Assembly: GCF_964355755.1 (NCBI RefSeq)
Contig: NC_092678.1
Coordinates: 3,984,422-4,048,421, forward strand
From: Antedon mediterranea
Taxonomy: Eukaryota > Animalia > Echinodermata
Direction: 5' to 3'
DNA: 64,000 bases
Shown here: positions 1-12,270 of the stretch, piece by piece
Position numbering within the stretch: the first letter of the stretch is position 1
Layout of the letters: each line of letters opens with the position of its first letter
Translations under genes and position numbers: made by a program
Notes under the pieces: model-generated
What the model was told of the DNA's origin: nothing
What the model saw: only the letters and a program-made list of their open reading frames with translations
Database searches by the model: none

Positions 1-3000
1 GTATAGAGTGTTTAAAGATCTCCTTGTTTGTACAGTATCCCTGATAGTGATAGGAAAATATTCAGCCCTGTATTAAATAAAGGGTAACACCCTGTTAACT
101 TTAATATGAACTTAGTTTTGTTCTCCCCATGATAAAAAGGTCCTTGTCCTTAAACTGTCTTATGAAATAACATCAGGCAACCACATAGTGCAAAAGCCTA
201 TTAATTTTAGAAGATTGGTTATCACAATATGACTCACGGCTCTATATACTTACTGTATTAATATTCTTTCTACATTTGCCATTATACACAGACTAATGCC
301 TTTCATTTATTATACCACCTGATATTTAATTTCCTTTACAAAGCCACCTGCTCAAAGTGTTTTATTATTTTACTTACGGATGTCAATGTACATTTTGCTT
401 TAGTGTTTCCAAATTCTGTTCTTGTTTTTAAAACCTTGTGGAACTCTCAACTTTTATATAATTGAATACACATGATTACACATATTGTGGACTGTGTATT
501 CCATTTTCAAAGATTGATTATTATTTTACGTAATCGTATTGCAAAAAAAATGTTTAAAAGTGATTAGTTTAGTTAAACAATAGTGTAACTACTTCATTTA
601 TTCAATTCTGTCTGTTTAAAGAAATCTAAGAAAGTGTTTTAGCTTTCTTTGTGTACTGCTGCAATCCCAATCACTGCTTGTTTTACAGAATCCGCAGTGC
701 CAATATTATTTGTAAAGAAGAAATAAAGTCATTTCAGACTACTGTACAGGTTTTGTTATCTTGCATCCGTACAGTGTATTCTACATTATTCCATGGAGAA
801 ATCAGAACAGTTAAATAGTTTTGTTATTTTTTCATTTCTCTATTATTTATGTGTAACCCTGCCATGGTTTACCATGTTTTCCTTATTAGATTTTTTAATC
901 TTTTAATCCTTTCTTTGTTGTTGAGCCCAAGTTTTAATTAGTTGTTTATCTTTTGGCTAGAACTTCCTTTGCTGTTTATGTCATTGTGTCATAAACTATG
1001 TGGTAATGCATGAGAGCTTTCTGTTTTTTCTATAGACACTGACCAATAAGGGCCAGTTTACCCTTTGCTTTTTCTCCAGCAACATGGATTGACCAATGGG
1101 ATTAGCCTTGGTCAGGTGACTGGGCCAATATTAGGGTATGTTCCCATGCTTCATTCTCTTTTCCTGATTATGCCATCTGAAGTGCTGGTCATTTCTAAGT
1201 GTTACAAATTAAAATATATGACTTTATTTAAAGCTATACAGTATACAGTATAATTACATTACCGAACTAAGTTTTAAAGTTCGCGTTGATTGGAAGTTTG
1301 TGCTAGTTTGGCATATTGCACTAAAAAAACTATATTTGATCGACTGTATTGTACATATTGGAGACTGTTCGTTTTATTTTGAATATTGGCTCTTTGTATA
1401 GGTGAGTGTTTGAACACCAATTTACTTTGTTCTATATTTAAAGTTCATTATTGGGATTATAAGTATATTACTGTTGTTATTATTTACAGTTAATGCTGTT
1501 TTAATGGAAGTCGTTACAGTATAGTATATAACTTAACGTGACATTATTATTAATTATGTTTAAACCTATTTTTATAAATGGAATGTTTCCATGATTGATC
1601 TGTTACTGTTAGGGTAAGCAGGCTCAAGATAGACCTATTACTGTATATCATATAGGCATTGTATAGATCAGCAAATTGTTATTTTCCTCTTTTACTTATT
1701 TATTGTTCTTTAAGACAATGTTTTCATTTTCCTTTTTCATTATGTTATTTTTGAGACAACGATTGCCATTATAAAGTCGTTTTATGACTCTTGCCATGTA
1801 AGGCTGATAATGTACTTATGGTACATTCAATGTTAAACTATTTTAGACAGTATACTGTATTATTATACTGTATATTGTATAGGCTACCGAAGAACCACTG
1901 GTTCTCGGACACCGAAATTATCTGTGTAGACTGCTATATAAATCAACTGTATTCATCTACCGTAAGGCAAAAAACGCAAGACGGAGGTCAAGGTTGCCGT
2001 TGGAAGCGGTAGCTACCTTATCTTGAATAACCTTATCGGCGCCTTAGATAAGTCATACTTTCCGTTCTCTTTTGTTTTATTTTTATTTTATTCTAGTTTG
2101 GTCGAATAAACCGTGTTTTGTTCCATTTAAATTTATGTTCTGATGTTTTTGTATTTGAGTTACGTTTGCGCTATATTTATTCGTTAAGATTAATTATAAA
2201 AGTTGCGGAAACAAAGCTGGGTTACATTTGAGGGAATTAAACTTCCATTTTACTGTAATCGCAATGGGGGGATTAATTTTTGAATGAGGCTTAGCATAAA
2301 CTCATTTTTCGTGGCATCACCAATAGTTTCTCATTTTTGAAAATTGAATTTCACATTTTGAAAATAACATCCATGAAAAGTTTAAACGTTTCTTTAAAAG
2401 AAACTCAAAATATAGTGAATCATTGATACCCAAATAAGTCTTAAACATGAAGAAATTTGATACGAGGAATTCTAGATGCATGAAACAACATAATAGCTAG
2501 AACACAGCATAGAAACATGAATAATTTGTTAACAATTTGCTCATATCCAATTATTAGAAGACATGACTCTGTTAAAGACATTTGAGTAATCATGATTTAT
2601 TACCATCATCTGTCTATTGCTAGTTTTTTTTGTATTATGATATGAAGTTAGTAAAGAGTATTAAAATAAAGTAACGTTTGCCGTGATTACAGGAAGCAAG
2701 GGTAAACTACTGATGGATCAGTATTAACGAGTTTGACATTTTGTAACGCTACTATCAGTAGTATGTACATAAGAATCTTAAACAAAAGTGAAGGAGAAAA
2801 TGAAACGCGATGAATAATGTTATAATCAGAAAAAAATAAATATGGAAACACAGATTATAGGGATGTTGATGTTAATTATTGTGACGTTCAGTTACAATAA
2901 ATCAATGGACTTACTCCACTTGATGATGTCATACAAGGAAGATAATTATTGTTGATAATAGTTTGTGGTACACCATATACAGTTTGTAGTTCTGAAAAGA

Positions 3001-3242
3001 ACTGTTGAGTTTCCTCAGGAGTGAGGATATAAAGTACATTGATGGAAACGTAAAGAAACTCCACTACATATGTGGTGTACCGCACATTACAGGTTTATCA
3101 ATATATTGATGTCGCCATGCAAACCTTCAAATATAAGATCATTTTTTATATTTATCAGATGTAAAGGCCATATAAATACATAAGCCAACCATACATAATT
3201 TAAAATTAGCATCTTGAAAACATTTTGTTTTCTCTCTCTCAG

Positions 3243-3943
3243 ATGTCTGTTTACAAAAAGGAACGTGACCCAGATAAGCCAAAGAAGCCACCAACGGCTT
3301 ACTTTTACTTCCTTGAAGACTTCCGTAAGGAGATGAAGGGAAAGACTGTGAAAGGCAAAAGAGTAACAGAACTCTGTGGAGAGCAGTGGAACCAGCTTAC
3401 AGATGAGCAGAAACGACCCTACATGGAACGGGTTGCTGTACAGTACAAGAAGTATCAAGAGGCTATGGAAGTATACAGACAAAAGGTATATATGTTTCAC
3501 ATTCCTTGTTACATAATTATTTTGAAACATTGATGTAAAAATAGGTAATAATATGTTTGATTCTGCTGTTAATATTGTTCGATCACTGACAACCCATTTG
3601 TCATAAAAGAAAAAGATAAGTGTATTTTAGATGGTCATTCAGATCAAACTCTCAAATGAAAGAAACTTTGCATGTGAAATAATTGATGTAACTTCTTGTT
3701 TGTTAACTGTAGAAAGCCATGGAGGCTACAACAGCAGCAGCCACCCCTCCAACCCAAATGCAACAACAACAACAGCAGCAACAACAGCAGCAACAACAAC
3801 AGCAACAACAACAGCAACATCTGATGGGACAAATGATGGGAAACTCTGGGGCGAACCATTCAAATATGGCGGTGGATGAGGAAGAGTTCGAGGAGGAAGA
3901 TGAAGATGATCTTGAAGAAGATGAAGACGACGGAGAGGAATGA
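3243..3943 (+). CDS. HMGB-like protein, last two coding exons (HMG box, polyQ, acidic tail); upstream exon(s) probably outside the window
   Basis: Exons are 3243-3485 (acceptor tctcag, donor gtatat) and 3713-3943 (acceptor ctgtag, phase 0, TGA stop). The peptide KERDPDKPKKPPTAYFYFLEDFR...CGEQWNQLTDEQKRPY is an HMG box resembling HMGB box B. It is followed by 19 Gln and a DEEEFEEEDEDDLEEDEDDGEE acidic tail. Confidence 0.9.
3761..3817 (+). repeat. CAA/CAG trinucleotide repeat encoding 19 Gln
   Basis: Mixed caa/cag codons read in frame in the last exon of the HMGB-like gene. Confidence 0.95.
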
Positions 3944-6423
3944 GTACAAAAACAATAAAAGCACCATTTAGTCAGTAGGTATAGTTATCTAAATATGGTA
4001 TCATACCCCATATTTGGAGTGTGCTTGACCATGTATGAATTTTAAACCATATATGGTGTTGATTTTCTACTAATGTGGGACCCTTGAGTGGAGAGTTCTA
4101 TATATATGAATAGTGTGTGTGAGAGATTTACTTTTCTGTACAGTTTCTTAAAAAATGTCCATAAAGTTTGACAATTGTACAATAACAGAACATATTGTAA
4201 TTTCTGAACAAGATGGCATTTCCAAGGTTGGAATACAATTTTCTAAAGTATAAATATAAAATAAGATATTTTTAATTAATATTTTCCATGATGGAATGGA
4301 AGATACAAATACAAATAATTTTGTCTATTATGGTTTGGGGGGGGGGGGGGGGAGGGGAGGGTGATAAAGTTACATGTGTTTTGTATCCAAAGCAAATAAT
4401 GTATAATTAAAATAATTGTTTACAAAAAGAACACAGTAATATTGATATGAAGTTTTAGTAGAAAAAGTTTGTTGTACTTAATCTGAAATAACCTTCGATA
4501 ATCAGTTTTGCGTAATGATTAATTTTTATTCGTTCTGTAGAAATTTTAGTATTATCACAATTAAATTTTAAAACGGGTTGTCGTGATAAAAACAGTTTTT
4601 TAGACAATTAAAAAATGGAGTGGATATAACCGCTCATTTTTGTCCAGGTTATGAAATAAAAAATAGTTTCCAAACAAGTACATTCATAGAAATCTCAGGG
4701 TAGTTAGATAATTGTCCAAAAACAAATCAATTAAGTTGATTCAGAATTTTAAACCAACAAATTGCTTCAAATATGTGCTCATATTGTAATAGTATTTATT
4801 ATTTTAATGATTTTAGTTAAGTTTATCACATAAATCAGTAGTTAAATGTATTCTTATACTTATCAGTTCTCTCAGGTGTTTATTAAACTGTCTTACACTA
4901 ACAGTGAGGTCTCAAATCAATATACACCTTGCGATAACAAATAAAGTATACAGAAAAAGTCTGTACTTAAACATATTCAATTAAATTAATTGTATATATT
5001 ATGTTTTTATTAAAATGTTTTTTAGATACTGTAGTACATCCATGCTTAGATGTATGTATTTTATTCAGGCCCTGAACATGAGGCCTACACATTTTATACA
5101 AAGTTGCTCACCTTACATTGATCAATTAAAGTGTGCATCATTTAATTCAAAACAACTTTTAATATGTACTATACAAATTTTGACTACAATTCAGGTTTAC
5201 TGATAGACAGCACTTTATGCCTGCCTGACAAATTGTACTAAGGAATTTGGTATTTGTTGGGTTAATGATTTGATTGGTTTTGAATAATTGTACTAATTGT
5301 ACAATCTCAATTTTTACTCTCATTTAAAAAAAAAAATCGTACTACTATAACATAAGTTATAAAGTTTTATTTTGACACATTATATTTCCTGGTTGTTATT
5401 TAAATTCTGACTGCCTGTTGTTATTTCTTTTGCTTAAATAACTTTTGGCATGCACATGTAAATTTATTTTATCAGATGTCAAAATTAATATAGCATACAT
5501 TGAAAACAGAATGTATTTTAGTAACTGGATATTTAGACAACATAAAATAAAAAATTGGATTAAAAAAAATATGAATTGGCACTTAGTATACTGACAAGGT
5601 TGTTGAAATTTGTTTACGATAATTCTTGCATTTTGAAACTTGCAGTTTTAAATTTATTTTAATCCTGTCAAAAAACATGTTTTATTACATAAATTCATGA
5701 GACAAATCATAAATATTATGTCTAATAATAATCTATTTGTTTATTGATTGATTTTGAAGCATATTCATTTTAGTAACATGCATCATGCTGTTGTTTCCTT
5801 TTTTTTGGATTTATTCTTATGTGAAGCACAGTAAAAACATGTGAAGCAACTCTATTTGAACTTATTATTTATGAATTTACATGACAATCTGGAAATGTTT
5901 TGATTTTTGATCAACTTAATCATTCACTACTGTATCTATATTATGTTTGCGTAGTGTTATAATTCGTGAGCTATTCATTTTCGCCAAAAAAAAGTTGGTA
6001 CCAAATTGTTAAATGAACAAGATGAACGGTTAAAATGGTATAGAAAATTCTATTTTAAATTTAAACAAATCATAAACATTTGAGTAAAAGTTGTTTTGCT
6101 TTCATTGTTACAAATTAATACAGGACATGAGGACATGTAATATCTATAATGAATATCGTCTTCCTCTATTTTTTAACCCACAAAATTTTATAATTGTGTC
6201 CATTTAAAAAAATTAAATAAAGGCCAAAAGACAAATATGGAGAACTGATTTCTCCACAAACTGTAATTATGTATTTATAGACTGTAGACTACTATTAACT
6301 TGCCTTCCTAGTTTTATCATCTGTATTTTAGAGACAATCATTTGTAAATGTGTCGTGTATTATTGTGGTACTTTTTTGTTGTCGAAATATTGTAAAATAC
6401 CTTTTTGTAAAAGCTAGTTTGAC

Positions 6424-6838
6424 TGAGTCATAGCGTGGCGCATTTGCCTTGGGTGTACAGTAAAATCACTGTATCGATTTCTGCGCTCAATGCAAATGCA
6501 TCCAGTTTCATTTAATGGGAACGATGAATAGATTGGCATGTTTGTTATTGCTTCCCTCATGAAAGTATTTATGTTTATGAACGAAATAACTGTTGCATAT
6601 CATTGGATAACTTGGTGGTGCTTATAAAAGACGTCGGCCCAGAAAATAGTATCAGTATTTAGTTTAAGTAGTTAATTTAAGTATTCTGTAGTGTGTCTAA
6701 AAATGTGCTAAGAGAAAAAAAACCATGTTTAATTCAGATAATCTGGTATTAAGTTTTTGATCAGTTTCCTCATTATTTAAATTGCTCAGGGAAAATTAAT
6801 ATTTAATATTTGGATTTATTTTATTACCATTGGTAAGT
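6424..6838 (+). promoter_or_regulatory. Candidate TATA/Inr core promoter with a non-coding first exon
   Basis: TGAGTCA (AP-1) at 6424, ATGCAAAT (octamer) at 6490, ATTGG (reverse CCAAT) at 6532 and 6602, TATAAAAG at 6623. The TCAGT Inr has its A at 6654, 31 nt after the TATA start. A consensus donor TG|GTAAGT lies at 6833. Confidence 0.5.
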
Positions 6839-8707
6839 TTTTAATTGTTTAAATTATAAACATTAAGTGATTAATTGCTAATTAATATATCATTAATTAA
6901 TTAATATACTTAAACCCTGAATATAGTTATGTTAAGGAATTTACCAAAAGCATACATCTTAAATATAAATTTGTGGGAAAAAATAAATTTGCATCTACTA
7001 ATGAAGTGCAATTTACCAATTGTTCTAAAATGGTAAAATACTTTAAAATTTAATGATTGTGTATTCATTTAAATATTCAAGTAAAAGCTTTAATTTAGAA
7101 TACATTTTTGGTTACAGTAAATGCACCTATTGTGTACTGCTTCATATAAAGCACAATAAGTATAATGTTGTTATATACAAGATTGGGTCATGTTTAAAAG
7201 AGACTGGTTTGGGGAGTGTTGGAAAGTTGATGGGTTGGTACATCATATTGATTTGGCTGTGTAGTAACATGAACTTTTTTGGGTTGACTTGTATCCCAGG
7301 ATGGGCTTATACAAGGAGTATTTAGGGTGAGCTTACCTCTGTAATACAGTATTGTATTCATTAAGACAAAAAGACAAAAATTATACTCTTGTGAATAAGA
7401 AATGATTTAATACTAATAAATCACTATACAATATGGGACCATAGATGGGGACATAATGGGACAAATTTTAACATGCATCTGATTAATCCACTGTATCTGC
7501 TTATCAAAAGTCGGAACTTATCGTGGAACTTATTTAAAAATTCAAAATTTACCTCATTAAGATTGGTACTTATTCAATCAGAACTTATTCGCATCAGTAC
7601 GTCATTCTCAATTTGTAGTTCAATAAGTATCTGTTTTAGTCATCAGTATTATATCAAAGACTTGTTGAATTACCATACTTGCCCGAACTACTGTCTGGGG
7701 CAAGTACAGTACATGTGGAATTTGGATTACATAGGTCTTGTGTCCAAATAATGATTTACATACAGGGAACATCTCCCTGCTCAATCATACCTAGCTTGTG
7801 TAGCTAAACAGCTCATGGTATTTAAAAAAGGGGCGTTTTTCGATTGAGTACAGTACTCTGCATTAGTAAGTCTTTTAAGTACTTAGTATTTATAGAATGT
7901 TTAGTATCATTATTAAATGCAGGGATAATGCATGAAACAGAATAGTTTGATGTTATTTATTATTTTTTATAATAGCATGAATTAAGTACTTGTATGTTGC
8001 TAAATATATATTTGGACTTTTTTATTGGAATCTGCATGATATCATTTATTTAGCACCTATTGATATGGTTTATGATTAATTTTGTGGAGAGGTTCTCAAT
8101 ACTGGTTTTGAATTGGCCACAATACTGTCATTGATCATTTCAGTATCCAACCATTTATAGAAATTGAGTGGGATTGTGATAAAATATGTGGATTCACCAC
8201 AGACACATAAACAAATCAGTTGTTAATTAGTTATATTTAATATTGTAAAGTACTATTTTAACTCAACCTTGTTAATTGTTTTATTATGTACAAAATTGGA
8301 ACCAATCTATTTCTTTGTAATAATATTTAATTTTTCGTTTTATAGTAAGAAATTACTGTGAAAATATTAATGTGCTATTTTTGTATCTAGTCATTTGAAA
8401 AACCATTATTATATTGTAAAACTTAAGAATAGTCTGCCAGTGAAATCACGTGGTTCAGATATGTATGTTGTATAGACTGTCCTGGTTATTTACAGGGCGC
8501 CTTCTTCCCAGTGCTTTTTTGTAGGTAGTCGTCAACACTTGGCGGGAGTTTGTTTGCCCAATTTTAATAAATGTGTTGCGTAAAAAGTATATTTAATGTG
8601 TTCGTTTGTTAAAGTAAAATGTGGTTCTATATCCAAATGAGATATGACGCTATGTGTATGATATTCCTGAATTAACGAAAGCCAACACTAAACCACCAGA
8701 CAGCATC

Positions 8708-8816
8708 TGTACGCACGCTTTCAACGATGATGATAAGTGTACGAATTATGTACGCGCGCGTTCAAACTATGATAATAAATGTGCGTCTTATGTACGCGGG
8801 CGTTCAATCGATGATG
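8708..8816. repeat. Degenerate ~42-bp tandem repeat, about 2.5 copies
   Basis: A tgtacgc...ttcaa...atgat unit starts three times, near 8708, 8749 and 8791. Confidence 0.6.
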
Positions 8817-10473
8817 GAACCACTCATTCATGACTAAATTAGGCATAGATATAGATGAAAACAATATATGAAATTATAAACACATATCACACAATTCCGC
8901 AACTTGTTATCGTGTTTTATGGATTTCACCAGAACAAAATCTGCGGGTAGTATAAACTAGGTAATACAGTAGTGTCAATAACCATAACATCATAAAAAGA
9001 ATAATAATGATATTAAATCTATTGTAAACCAGAATTTCGAAATACAAATACACTTTAGAACTTTGGACTATTAGTCAAACTGAACCGAATATATTGGTAG
9101 TCTGTTGTGAGAAGGCTTATCAAATGTAATGGGTAAGTATATTAATAGTTGGAAATATTAGGCAACGCTTAGTACTGTGGAGGACGGTGCAGGAATGCAT
9201 TTATGCAATGGACGAAGGGGATTTTACCGAAATAACCATGCTCACTTCCTCAGCCTGAGGAATAATAATATCCATGTAAAACCAGAGCCATACTACCAGT
9301 GTAGGCCTACTGGTTTCTCATACATTTATCATAGTACCGGTACTGTAGTAATAATGTCCTAACACTATAATTTGTTTCCCCACAATAATAATGTTCAATA
9401 TTACTTTTAAAATAGCACCGGTAACTACTCTACCATTCAATTGGCCTTAATATTTTATAGCTTAACCAGGGATTTAACGGGACCTAAAGTGTCAGCAAAT
9501 ATAGAAAGGATAAATTAAAGAAATCAAAAGTACCGTAAGACTCAGAGCCATTTATTAAATTAAAAACAACAATTTTGATCAATGATATGATAAACACGTA
9601 TGGGTTGTGTTTATATTGAGCTTACTCTTCTATCCACATCTACAAAAGATCCGACGATGCAGATACGTACAAATAGTACAAACCCCGGATGAGAATTACT
9701 TTCAGTAGGTAAGTCCTTTGTATCTTGCTTACCAACTATGCTTCAATTGACAAACTTTTTGTAATAACTTAGAAATTATGATAAATTTGGCGGAAAGTTG
9801 TCTAGAAAAGCGGTATGCCTGGTTTGAGAACTTCAGTTAAATGTGATTGCTTAGACTGTAGCACCGGAGACCAAGATAGACGGACAAATGGATTGAAGTC
9901 TACCTTCAAATAAACAAGACTAATTTCAAAGTAAGTAAAAGCTGCATTACATCAGTACCTGTTCCTATTTCTTGTCCGGTTATGTGCGACTCATTGTCGG
10001 CTATTAATACACAGTATAATTAATTACAGTATAACAATTAAACTCTATTTATTTTAATAATCCAAAATTTCATCGTTCGAAGTCCCTCAGATGAAGTAGT
10101 ATTAAAAATTGTCGACTTTAGAGAGATGCAATAAATCATCATCTCTCTAAAGTCAACAAAAAAGGGGCAATAACATCGTAAAAGAACAGATTTACATTTA
10201 AAGATTAAAATATGCTATTACGTAATTATGAAGTTATTACGTAAAAACGTTAATCTTATTGTCAGTTTTTATAGTGTGAAAGAATGTGCGAGACCCTTTT
10301 CAACAAAATGATAAATTGTCAGTATAGGCCAAATTGTATTGCTATCACAACTTAACATTATTGAATTGGATCATTGTTTTTATACTGAAGTATTACGTAT
10401 AACTGTTTTCATACGTTTTTATAGATATAAGCAGTTATGAAGTGAACTTCGAATTGAATAATTAACAAGCAAA

Positions 10474-12270
10474 ATGGAAGGAATCATTCCTATAAATGCA
10501 ACAAAGAACTTCATTATTCCAGTAGATGACAGAAACAAACGAGGTGTTGATGTGTTTTCCATGTTTGAAGAAGTCAGAAAATCTTCATTATTGGCAGACG
10601 TAATAATTTGTACGGGAGCTAAAGAGTTATCCTGTCACAAGATTATATTGGCAATGAACAGCAGTTACTTTAAAGCAATGTTTACCTGTGATATGCTGGA
10701 AAACAAAGTTCAGAAACTGTATCTTAAAGGACTTGATCCAAGCGTGGTTGAAGCACTTATTGGGTATATATACTCAGCTAAAATCTACATCGCTAAAGAA
10801 AACATCTTTGATCTGCTGGAGGCTGCAGAAATGCTTAAATTACAATCGATCGTTGACAGATGCTCAATAGAAATATCAAAGAGGATCTTAACAACAGATA
10901 ACTGCATTCAGATATACTTCTACTCCTGTTCAAAGGGACAAATAAAAGAGTTATCGAAGAGGTCACTAAGAAAAATCTGCGATAACTTCAGTCATGTTGT
11001 TGAGACGTCGAGTTTCCTGAAACTGACGAAAGATGAACTGGTGAGGCTGTTGTCATCAGAGGAAATGACTGTTAGTGAAGATGCTATGTTTTCTGCAGTT
11101 GTGAATTGGAAGAACCACTGTCCAGAAGAACGTGAGACTAAACTTCCAGATATCATAAGATCTGTGAAGCTTCCAATGATCAACAAACGTCATCTTGCCA
11201 GCGTTGCCTATGTTGCTTTTGAAAAGGTTGCAAACTGTCGTCGACTCTTGACAGGAGCTGTAGCGCAAAGACGATCTATTGAAGAAACACAGCCAACAAA
11301 ATCAATTCGAAAGGTTTCAGCAACCAAAAAGCCAGTTACGACCACAAATGAAGTACTACTTGTGGCAAAAATTCTAAAAGAACCAAAAGAAGGCGAGGAA
11401 CTTTTTATTAACGACTCAGAAGCCGTTTTATTTAACAGCGACGGAAACCGAGAGAGACGTTGGGTCAAATTAGACCCAAAAGAACCGACTAAGATGAATG
11501 ACTGGAAATCTGTGACGTCTGTAGGCACGCAGACGATAATTGTGGCAGATGGCAGCATTTTCTTTCTCGATCCCGTATCCGGAAGCCATAAAAATATACC
11601 TTTTCCAGGAACGGTTAGGAAATCATCAAAACCAGCAGATACACCTATGACGTTTCGCGTGTCGTCTGTTGGAAATAATGTGTTCCTAGTTGGTGTATCT
11701 TCATCAAACGAGGCAAGATTATGGCAATTAGACAAGGGGCACAATAAATGGTCAGTTTGTCCAAGACCTCCAGTAAAATTTAGACACGATGAAAGTATAG
11801 TTATAACTTCTAATAACGATAAACTTTTTCTGATCAGTATGGAGGAGAATGTATCTTATACTACAACTATACGACGTTGGACCCGTTGTGTACCTCTTCC
11901 GAAAAAGAAGGGAATGTGGCATATGTACGGGGCTGCGTGTTCAGGACGAGCTATCTTCTTGACAGCAAGTGATGGTGTCTATTCTTACGACACCAGGTCT
12001 CATTCTTGGACGCTGATGTCTTCGAGTAGAGAGTTCGGCAACTTGGACTCATGGCGACACGTTTGTTTACCAATATTTATGAATAGCAAACTGCACGTAG
12101 TTGTTGCAAATCGGCATTGGTTCGATTCAGTGAGAATCTATGTAGCTAATGAAGCGGAGGGTGGTGAAAAGGAGTTCGAGTGGACAGAAATTGCAAGAAA
12201 AACTCTTAGTTATAAACACATGCTGTACGACCTTTTTTGCGTTCCAGTTAGGATTGATGTTTTAACGTAG
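10474..12270 (+). CDS. BTB-BACK-kelch (KLHL/KBTBD-like) protein, 598 aa, single coding exon, divergent kelch propeller
   Basis: BTB motif LADVIICTGAKELSCHKIILAMNSSYFKAMF...LIGYIYSAK and BACK motif FLKLTKDELVRLLSSEEMTVSEDAMFSAVVNW. Kelch-like ends are present (VYSYDTRSHSWTLM, NKWSVCP). An acceptor ttttatag at 10423-10424 just before the ATG implies 5'UTR exon(s). Confidence 0.9.
   Translation: MEGIIPINATKNFIIPVDDRNKRGVDVFSMFEEVRKSSLLADVIICTGAKELSCHKIILAMNSSYFKAMFTCDMLENKVQKLYLKGLDPSVVEALIGYIYSAKIYIAKENIFDLLEAAEMLKLQSIVDRCSIEISKRILTTDNCIQIYFYSCSKGQIKELSKRSLRKICDNFSHVVETSSFLKLTKDELVRLLSSEEMTVSEDAMFSAVVNWKNHCPEERETKLPDIIRSVKLPMINKRHLASVAYVAFEKVANCRRLLTGAVAQRRSIEETQPTKSIRKVSATKKPVTTTNEVLLVAKILKEPKEGEELFINDSEAVLFNSDGNRERRWVKLDPKEPTKMNDWKSVTSVGTQTIIVADGSIFFLDPVSGSHKNIPFPGTVRKSSKPADTPMTFRVSSVGNNVFLVGVSSSNEARLWQLDKGHNKWSVCPRPPVKFRHDESIVITSNNDKLFLISMEENVSYTTTIRRWTRCVPLPKKKGMWHMYGAACSGRAIFLTASDGVYSYDTRSHSWTLMSSSREFGNLDSWRHVCLPIFMNSKLHVVVANRHWFDSVRIYVANEAEGGEKEFEWTEIARKTLSYKHMLYDLFCVPVRIDVLT

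Noticed and set aside
3644-3859. Poly-Leu ORF on the minus strand and poly-Thr/Ala ORF at 3631-3879
   Set aside because: These are alternative frames of the CAA/CAG polyQ repeat.
4337-4360. Poly-G tract (possible G-quadruplex) in the HMGB-like 3' region
   Set aside because: It is a simple homopolymer with no further evidence of function.
11208-11744. 178-aa antisense ORF
   Set aside because: It is a shadow of the BTB-kelch CDS with no recognisable domain.
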